The position numbers and the translations under genes were made by a program. From positions 112,345 through 136,344 of the forward strand of contig NZ_JAECVR010000001.1 of the NCBI RefSeq assembly GCF_016055185.1: 24,000 bases of DNA. The letters are read 5' to 3'. Source of the stretch: Paenactinomyces guangxiensis. GTDB lineage: Bacteria; Bacillota; Bacilli; Thermoactinomycetales; Thermoactinomycetaceae. Below, one piece after another: positions 8,261 to 13,176 of the stretch; position 1 is the first letter of the stretch; each line of letters starts with the position of its first letter. The notes below the pieces were generated by a model, which searched no databases, had not been told where the DNA came from, and saw only the letters and a program-made list of their open reading frames with translations.

Positions 8261-8640
8261 TAAGCATCCCCGCTTTCATCCATGTCCTGAAGGATTGAAA
8301 CATAATGCAGACGTAAGTACTCCTTTTCAACATCCGGGATGGAGTCATTCCATGTTTGACTGAGCCAGTCAATCTCTTCCTCGGCTGCTTCCATGCAGGG
8401 AGAACATCTGAGTTCCGCCAGGGACTCAGCCGTTAATCCGGTTGTCAGTCCATCTTTTCGAGAAATGCGTGTGAGAGCGGTCGCTAAATGGGTCGCCAAC
8501 ATTTGAAGTTTTTCCAGGTTAAGGGTACGTGTGCTCTTATTTTGCAGCCGATCACACGCTGTAAGTGTCACCCGGGCCGCCTCTGCTGAAACAACCCCGC
8601 CATGCACCAAAATTTCCAGCCGTTGCTCAAGTTGTTGCAA
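8260..8640 (-). CDS. yhfY: YhfY-like stand-alone PRD-domain protein
   Basis: The 126-aa product is mostly helical. It carries the PRD-type histidine motif LATHLATALTRI. The start is TTG 8640, with GGGGGGA 7 nt upstream. It has no CAT RNA-binding, HTH or EII domain. Confidence 0.75.
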   Translation of the reverse strand: MQQLEQRLEILVHGGVVSAEAARVTLTACDRLQNKSTRTLNLEKLQMLATHLATALTRISRKDGLTTGLTAESLAELRCSPCMEAAEEEIDWLSQTWNDSIPDVEKEYLRLHYVSILQDMDESGDA

Positions 8641-8661
8641 ATATTCATCCCCCCATCGGCT

Positions 8662-9594
8662 TTAATATCTTGGATATGTCTCCCCTTGTTCTACCATTTG
8701 CTGGACACGGCGAACCTGAACAGGATCCAGTCTGTCGATAATCGGATAAAACTCTTCTGTTTTGTGCGCCGTAACAACTACCGCTTCACTCATTGCCAGA
8801 GAAGTCTCATAGGCTTGTCTGGACTGAAGCTTTCCTCTTCCCAACGGTAAGGAGAATTTCACTTCATCTTTATTCCAGACAGCGGCATCGATTTTACCCT
8901 CTTTCAGCATATCCAGCAGTTGCATATAGCTGATTTCCACCCATTGAACCCGCTTCTCTTTACACTCATATTCCGTTAATAACGCCTGGTCAGTGGAGGA
9001 AGGGTCGATTCCGACATACATACCGTCGCGAATGACGGTTTCCCGGGGATTAGAAAAGAATACCTCATGCCCCGATACATAAGAGCCGGACCCCAACCCT
9101 TTTACGAGTTGGAGTTCCTTCGTTTTTTGGACGGCCACTTCCCCGGCAAATCGCGAAACCACCGCAAAGTCGTAGCGGCCATGTCGGAGTGTCTCAATCC
9201 GATGAGCCGCACCCCTCATATAAGCCAGACTAAAAGGAATTCCCTGTGATTCAAACGATTCCATCAATCCGGTCGCAAGCCCTTCATATTTTCGCGAATA
9301 GGGAAGCGGCATCACTCCCACCAACCGGCCCAGCCCGGCGACTTCCCACAGGGCGGCTTCATCTTTTTGGATTAGAAAAGTTCCCATGTGACCACGGGTT
9401 TCCAAACAAACTGCCTTCATTTCTTCCAATAATTTTAATGCTCCCTGGACCGTCCCCCTTCCAGTCGACAATTGCTTTACAAAGTCGTCAATCCTCGGGA
9501 TTCGTTCCCCTGCTTCCAGACTTAGCAGACGACGGGCAATTTTCATCGCTGCATAACCATTCTTCGTATAAAAAAGTTTACTGGTATCACTCAT
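8662..9594 (-). CDS. yhfZ: YhfZ-like transcriptional regulator (N-terminal winged-HTH plus periplasmic-binding-like C-domain)
   Basis: The 310-aa product has an N-terminal RIPRIDDFVKQLSTGRGTVQGALKLLEEMKAV segment that looks like a GntR-type HTH. The long C-terminal alpha/beta domain resembles YhfZ. It is the first gene after the predicted promoter. Confidence 0.75.
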   Translation of the reverse strand: MSDTSKLFYTKNGYAAMKIARRLLSLEAGERIPRIDDFVKQLSTGRGTVQGALKLLEEMKAVCLETRGHMGTFLIQKDEAALWEVAGLGRLVGVMPLPYSRKYEGLATGLMESFESQGIPFSLAYMRGAAHRIETLRHGRYDFAVVSRFAGEVAVQKTKELQLVKGLGSGSYVSGHEVFFSNPRETVIRDGMYVGIDPSSTDQALLTEYECKEKRVQWVEISYMQLLDMLKEGKIDAAVWNKDEVKFSLPLGRGKLQSRQAYETSLAMSEAVVVTAHKTEEFYPIIDRLDPVQVRRVQQMVEQGETYPRY

Positions 9595-9609
9595 TAGAAA
9601 TCACCAATA

Positions 9610-9623
9610 TACAGAATTCTGTA
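9610..9623. promoter_or_regulatory. Perfect 14-bp palindrome TACAGAATTCTGTA, candidate operator of the yhf operon
   Basis: The palindrome is read directly from the sequence. It lies between the predicted -10 (9634-9639) and the yhfZ start codon (9594), so it overlaps the expected transcription start and early leader. Confidence 0.5.
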
Positions 9624-9633
9624 CTCTAAAACC

Positions 9634-9662
9634 ATTTTAATATTTATATATAACTATTTCAA
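9634..9662 (-). promoter_or_regulatory. Sigma-A-type promoter of the yhf operon
   Basis: On the minus strand the -35 is TTGAAA (9662-9657), followed by a 17-nt spacer and the -10 TAAAAT (9639-9634). Confidence 0.55.
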
Positions 9663-9680
9663 TTGAGAATTAACGAAATA

Positions 9681-9696
9681 TTTATGCGCGCATAAA
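9681..9696. promoter_or_regulatory. Perfect 16-bp palindrome TTTATGCGCGCATAAA upstream of the yhf promoter
   Basis: The palindrome is read directly from the sequence. Its centre lies about 29 bp upstream of the centre of the -35 element, so it is a possible activator site. It partly overlaps the U-run of the msrA terminator. Confidence 0.35.
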
Positions 9697-9720
9697 AAAC
9701 GCCGACGATCCGGGTCGGCG
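9693..9720 (-). terminator. Intrinsic terminator of msrA
   Basis: The minus RNA reads CGCCGAC-CCGGAUC-GUCGGCG followed by UUUUUUAUG. It starts 11 nt after the msrA stop. Confidence 0.8.
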
Positions 9721-9730
9721 AGTACTGCAT

Positions 9731-10201
9731 TTAAATATGGCAGGAATCAATTCCCCGCTTTTGCAAATAACGCTGGTGATATTCCTCAGCACGGTAAAAA
9801 GAAGCAGCCGGTGTAATTTCCGTTACAATTGGATTTTTCCATTTGCCTGACTGATCCATTTTTTTCTTGGAGGCTTCCGCCAGTTCCTTCTGTTCCGGTG
9901 TGTGATAGAAGATCACGGAGCGATACTGGGTGCCTACATCCGGGCCCTGACGGTTGAGCGTGGTGGGATTGTGATTATTCCAAAATACATCCAGCAAATC
10001 CTCATACGAAACCTCTGCCGGGTCATACTCCACTTGAACCACTTCAGCGTGCCCTGTTTTGTCGGTACAAACATCTTCATAGGTAGGATTGACAGTTGTT
10101 CCGCCCATATATCCAACAGCCGTGTTTTTCACACCCGGTACTTTGCGAAAAGTTTCTTCCACTCCCCAGAAACATCCTGCTCCAAAAGTTGCTATAGCCA
10201 T
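9731..10201 (-). CDS. msrA: Peptide-methionine (S)-S-oxide reductase MsrA
   Basis: [18 protein letters not shown] carries the catalytic GCFWG motif, followed by GYMGG...[19 protein letters not shown]. The RBS AAAAAGGGGGG precedes ATG 10201. The track extension to 10228 is unlikely to be translated. Confidence 0.9.
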   Translation of the reverse strand: MAIATFGAGCFWGVEETFRKVPGVKNTAVGYMGGTTVNPTYEDVCTDKTGHAEVVQVEYDPAEVSYEDLLDVFWNNHNPTTLNRQGPDVGTQYRSVIFYHTPEQKELAEASKKKMDQSGKWKNPIVTEITPAASFYRAEEYHQRYLQKRGIDSCHI

Positions 10202-10226
10202 CTTGATCCCCCCTTTTTCTCTTCTC

Positions 10227-10254
10227 ATTATAATATGTCACGTCTGTCATGCAA
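10227..10254 (-). promoter_or_regulatory. Sigma-A-type promoter of msrA
   Basis: On the minus strand the -35 is TTGCAT (10254-10249), followed by a 16-nt spacer and the -10 TATAAT (10232-10227). Confidence 0.55.
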
Positions 10255-10281
10255 AATGTAAGTACCCAACCGGAAAGCAAA

Positions 10282-10860
10282 TCAGAGGTTTTTCGCTTCC
10301 CTGCCGTCAAAAACAAGATGTAACTTGCCGGTCACCGGATTAATCGTCAATCCATGGACCATCAGATGTGATGGGAAAAGAGGGTGATTTCTGATCAGAT
10401 TTACACTTTCCATCACTCCGCTTTCTACATCCTGACATCCGTGTAACCAGTTCTCGATGTCGACACCACTGTGGCGCAAGTTCTCCATTCTCTCTTTTGA
10501 TATTCCCTTTTTCTCCAGCTCAGCAAGAACAGGTGCCGCCTGCAGTCCGATCATCCCGCAATCCAAATGTCCCACAACAAATACTTCCTCTGCCTTTAAA
10601 AGAGTAACAGCGACCAAAAGACTTCGCATGACACTTCCATATGGTTCACAAATAAGAGCACCCGCTGTTTTTATCACTTTGGCATCCCCGTTTTTGAAAT
10701 TCATCGCTCGTGGCAACAATTCTGTCAAACGGGTATCCATACATGTGACGATCACCATTTTTTTGCTGGGAAATTTGTCCGTCCTGTAGGGTTCATACGA
10801 TTGACTGCTTACAAATTCTTCATTAAATGACAAAATCTCATCGAGATTGCTTACCAACAT
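10282..10860 (-). CDS. Beta-class carbonic anhydrase (B. subtilis YtiB-like)
   Basis: Zinc ligand motifs are VTCMDTRL and VGHLDCGM. The protein is collinear with YtiB, for example MLVSNLDEILSFNEEF against MSLLNDILEFNKTF. The start at ATG 10860 has AAGGAG 9 nt upstream. The longest ORF starts at 10893. Confidence 0.85.
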   Translation of the reverse strand: MLVSNLDEILSFNEEFVSSQSYEPYRTDKFPSKKMVIVTCMDTRLTELLPRAMNFKNGDAKVIKTAGALICEPYGSVMRSLLVAVTLLKAEEVFVVGHLDCGMIGLQAAPVLAELEKKGISKERMENLRHSGVDIENWLHGCQDVESGVMESVNLIRNHPLFPSHLMVHGLTINPVTGKLHLVFDGREAKNL

Positions 10861-10926
10861 GCTCTCATGCTCCTTTGCATCAGATTTCATCACTTAGTAC
10901 AAGGTAGTAAAAGAGAAGCACTTTGT

Positions 10927-10955
10927 ATAATAAAATTTATCCCGATTGTTGTCCA
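10927..10955 (-). promoter_or_regulatory. Candidate sigma-A promoter of the carbonic anhydrase gene
   Basis: On the minus strand the -35 is TGGACA (10955-10950), followed by a 17-nt spacer and the -10 TATTAT (10932-10927). Confidence 0.4.
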
Positions 10956-11163
10956 GTTCTCAATATGAACAAAAGCAAGAGGAAGATTCTATCATACAAG
11001 ACTGCATGATTGAAACCTGAAGCTATACGCTTTCCCTCAATGGGGAAAAGGCTTTCTCATAAACAGTCAGTTCGTATGATATACTTATGAGAGAAACAAG
11101 GTGATGAGAGGATCGGTATAACTATCACCAAAAATAAACCCTGAAGGAGTTTGAGATTGCCCC

Positions 11164-11409
11164 ATGAATGCACGGTTGAAATATATACTCATGAACATTC
11201 TCGGTTGGACTTTCCTCATCCTCGGTATACTGGGCATGGTTTTTCCCGTATTGCAGGGGCTTCTCTTCACTATTATCGGGCTGTTTATATTATCCGACTA
11301 TTCTCCCTGGGCTAAGCGTTTACTCCAAAAACTAAGAAACCGCTATCCTAAAATGTCTGCAAAGTCGGATAGGTTTTTGAAGAAATTGAAGTGGAAATCA
11401 ACCTCCTAG
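11164..11409 (+). CDS. Small two-TM membrane protein (YbaN/DUF454-like or PGPGW-like N-terminus)
   Basis: In this 81-aa product, NILGWTFLILGILGMVFPVLQGLLFTIIGLFILS resembles the GW..LG.LG.V.PVLP pattern of YbaN-type proteins. The tail is basic. The RBS GAAGGAG lies 13 nt upstream, which is long spacing. Confidence 0.45.
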   Translation: MNARLKYILMNILGWTFLILGILGMVFPVLQGLLFTIIGLFILSDYSPWAKRLLQKLRNRYPKMSAKSDRFLKKLKWKSTS

Positions 11410-11434
11410 CCATTCTTGTTTTAACTTCCATACA

Positions 11435-11461
11435 GAAAAAACCTGCAGCTTTTTCTGCAGG
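11435..11461. terminator. Terminator between convergent genes (stronger on the minus strand)
   Basis: CCTGCAG (11442-11448) pairs with CTGCAGG (11455-11461). On the minus RNA the stem is followed by UUUUUUCUGU, and on the plus RNA by UAGUUUGG. Confidence 0.65.
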
Positions 11462-11484
11462 TAGTTTGGCTTACAAAAAACCGT

Positions 11485-12129
11485 TCATTTTTCCTTTACC
11501 CGGCAAACTCCGAGACCGTCACCGATCGTCAGTAATATTGATTCAAGCCGGGGATCTGTAGCAATTTGCCGGTTAAACTTGCGAATCGTTTGCGGGGAAG
11601 GCCCTTGATCCTCTTCATCAAAAATACGGCCGGATTGGAGCAGGTTATCGGCAGTAATAATAGCTCCCGGGTTCGCCAGTTCAATTGCCTTTTCCAGATA
11701 GTAGATATAGCTTGGTTTATCCGCATCGATAAAAAAGAAATCAAATTTCTCCCCTTGACGGATCAATTGTTCCAAACTTTCCCTTGCATTTCCAACCTGA
11801 TAGGTAACGAGACTGCTTAACCCTGCCTTCTCAATATTTTCCTTCGCAAAGTCAGCGTGTTTTTGGCTGATTTCCAATGAGACCACTTTTCCGGTTCGCG
11901 GTAAAGCCCGGGCCAGCCAAATCGTACTGTAACCCCCGAGAGCCCCGATCTCCAGGATCCGTTTTGCACCGGATATTTTAGCAAGCAGATATAAGGTTTT
12001 CCCTACTTCAGACGGGACAGAGATTTGCGGCATCTCCCTTTCTGCCAGGTCCCGCTGATATGGACCGAAGTACTTCGTCCTCCTGAACAAACAAAGAACG
12101 GACATATTCTTTTTCCAACATGCAGGCAC
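11485..12129 (-). CDS. Class I SAM-dependent O-methyltransferase (caffeoyl-CoA OMT / YrrM-like), N-terminus apparently frameshifted
   Basis: GAKRILEIGALGGYSTIWLARALP is the SAM-binding motif, and FDFFFIDADKPSY and PGAIITADN follow. The family-typical N-terminus MLEKEYVRSLFVQEDEVLRSIS is encoded in another frame, from ATG 12121 with GAGGG 7 nt upstream. It joins this frame near 12051-12058 (see the frameshift finding). Confidence 0.75.
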   Translation of the reverse strand: MPACWKKNMSVLCLFRRTKYFGPYQRDLAEREMPQISVPSEVGKTLYLLAKISGAKRILEIGALGGYSTIWLARALPRTGKVVSLEISQKHADFAKENIEKAGLSSLVTYQVGNARESLEQLIRQGEKFDFFFIDADKPSYIYYLEKAIELANPGAIITADNLLQSGRIFDEEDQGPSPQTIRKFNRQIATDPRLESILLTIGDGLGVCRVKEK

Positions 12130-12222
12130 CCTCTTCCACTCTTTTTGTATTCATTGTTGCTTCTGTATAAGATCTCCGATGAAATATCAATAGTTTCCAA
12201 TTTCCGAATAAAAGTCCTGATC

Positions 12223-12375
12223 CTATTTTATCTTATGCAGCACAGAAATACTCCTGTTATTCTCATCCCCCACAAAAATAAATAAATCTTCAATCAAACA
12301 GTCAAATGCCCGGGCCAGTTTATTTGCAAGAATCAGTGACCCCTTATATTCTCTGCCAGGCGGGCATGGAAGACT
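12223..12375 (-). pseudogene. Remnant of a small XRE-family HTH regulator (5'-truncated and frameshifted)
   Basis: The minus frame reads GREYKGSLILANKLARAFDCLIEDLFIFVGDENN...*. This matches the C-terminal half of about 70-aa XRE regulators (ERGxxxPSlxxlxKlAxaFxxxiEDLF). The adjacent frame reads VKSSMPAWQRI*, resembling the helix-3 segment vSKStISaWER. There is no start codon, and the tRNA terminator lies directly upstream. Confidence 0.4.
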
Positions 12376-12392
12376 TTACCATCTCTGAAAAT

Positions 12393-12424
12393 AAAAAAGA
12401 TACCACTACATAAGTAATGGTATC
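12393..12424 (-). terminator. Intrinsic terminator of the tRNA-Gly gene
   Basis: The minus RNA reads GAUACCA-uuacuuaugua-GUGGUAUC followed by UUUUUUAUUUUC. The core stem pairs GATACCA (12399-12405) with TGGTATC (12418-12424). Confidence 0.7.
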
Positions 12425-12433
12425 ATTTTCCGT

Positions 12434-12507
12434 TGGAGCGGATGACGGGAATCGAACCCGCATTACTAGCTTGGGAAGCTAGGGTTCTGCCATTGAACTA
12501 CATCCGC
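12434..12507 (-). tRNA. tRNA-Gly (anticodon CCC), CCA encoded
   Basis: The minus strand reads GCGGATG-TA-GTTC-AATGGCA-GAAC-C-CTAGC-TTCCCAA-GCTAG-TAAT-GCGGG-TTCGATT-CCCGT-CATCCGC-T-CCA. This is a full 74-nt cloverleaf. The anticodon loop is TT-CCC-AA and the discriminator is U73, as in bacterial tRNA-Gly. Confidence 0.9.
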
Positions 12508-12520
12508 AAAATTCTTTTTT

Positions 12521-12549
12521 ATTATAACATGCACACTGGATTACAGCAA
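12521..12549 (-). promoter_or_regulatory. Sigma-A promoter of tRNA-Gly with extended -10
   Basis: On the minus strand the -35 is TTGCTG (12549-12544), followed by a 17-nt spacer ending in TGt and the -10 TATAAT (12526-12521). The tRNA 5' end lies 14 nt downstream. Confidence 0.6.
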
Positions 12550-12588
12550 GAAGACTTCAAAAAAATATACCGGCAACTCTCTTTCCTT

Positions 12589-12619
12589 AAAAAGTCAAGG
12601 TTCCCTGCCGGGAACCCTG
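12589..12619 (-). terminator. Intrinsic terminator of the acidic-N-terminus membrane protein gene
   Basis: GGTTCCC (12599-12605) pairs with GGGAACC (12610-12616) around a 4-nt loop, with two further outer pairs. The minus RNA continues ACUUUUUAAGG. Confidence 0.6.
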
Positions 12620-12636
12620 ACCTGGTCCGGATGAAT

Positions 12637-13071
12637 TTAAAATAGGATCCTGAATGGTACGATTAACGTCATAATGATCAACGCCAGCACGCCAATTCCA
12701 ACTGCCCACCAGCCCAGTGAGCTTCCTCTGCGGGCACTGATCACCCCAATAATAATTCCCGCCGGTGCCAATATATAAGGCCAGAGGAAAAAGGCAAGCA
12801 CTGACAAAATAATTGCTGTGATTCCTAATCCTCTTCCGGCATCAGCGGTTTCTCTTCCATCCTCTGCCCGTCTGTCCTTTTTTTCCCGAAGAGCTTCAGG
12901 AGATGAAACAGCCATGTCCTCGGCAAACTCCTCATCTCGCTTGCCTGCATCCAGGGCGGCATTCAACTCCCCATCATCTTGCGGCGAAGCTGCTGCATCC
13001 ACTCGTGCTTCGTCCGTCTGTACAGCCTCCGGGGACTGTCTTCGCTCATCATTGCGTTTATCTTTCGCCAT
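12637..13071 (-). CDS. Hypothetical membrane protein with an acidic disordered N-terminus and two C-terminal TM helices (DUF4190-like)
   Basis: The start is MAKDKRNDERR... from ATG 13071, with a GGGGGG RBS. The N-terminal approximately 90 aa are rich in D, E, A and R. The C-terminus GLGITAIILSVLAFFLWPYILAPAGIIIGVISARRGSSLGWWAVGIGVLALIIMTLIV forms two hydrophobic helices. Confidence 0.6.
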   Translation of the reverse strand: MAKDKRNDERRQSPEAVQTDEARVDAAASPQDDGELNAALDAGKRDEEFAEDMAVSSPEALREKKDRRAEDGRETADAGRGLGITAIILSVLAFFLWPYILAPAGIIIGVISARRGSSLGWWAVGIGVLALIIMTLIVPFRILF

Positions 13072-13098
13072 ATTTTTCCCCCCAGTAAATCCGAACCT

Positions 13099-13113
13099 AC
13101 ACATAGTATGTGT
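13099..13113. promoter_or_regulatory. Palindrome ACACATA-G-TATGTGT in the promoter region of the 12637-13071 gene
   Basis: The arms are a perfect 7 bp each, 28 nt upstream of the start codon. Function is unknown. Confidence 0.25.
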
Positions 13114-13120
13114 GTTTCAC

Positions 13121-13162
13121 AAAAAAACATGAAAAATCCATCCTGACAGGATCAGGATGGAT
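13121..13162 (-). terminator. Intrinsic terminator of the OppA-like gene
   Basis: A perfect 11-bp stem pairs ATCCATCCTGA (13136-13146) with TCAGGATGGAT (13152-13162) around a 5-nt loop. The minus RNA continues UUUUCAUGUUUUUUU. Confidence 0.85.
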
Positions 13163-13176
13163 GATGTGCATTTCTT

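Noticed and set aside
8641-8664. yhfZ and yhfY are in the same reading frame, separated only by TAA and seven codons, which raised the possibility of a read-through fusion regulator.
   Set aside because: A good RBS (GGGGGGA) sits 7 nt before the TTG start of yhfY, and TAA is an efficient stop. The two are separate proteins in E. coli as well. There is no evidence for recoding.
9681-9696. The palindrome TTTATGCGCGCATAAA considered as a catabolite-responsive element (cre) for CcpA.
   Set aside because: It does not fit the cre consensus TGWAANCGNTNWCA, because the flanks around its CG-rich centre are wrong. It is kept only as an unassigned palindrome.
10894-11163. The long 270-bp intergenic region upstream of the small membrane protein, examined for a riboswitch or sRNA.
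   Set aside because: I found only weak hairpins: a 7-bp stem pairing 11056-11062 with 11085-11091, and a 6-bp stem pairing GGTGAT with ATCACC at 11100-11129. Neither has a U-run, and I recognised no known riboswitch core (fluoride, guanidine, PRPP and others). A covariance-model scan would be needed.
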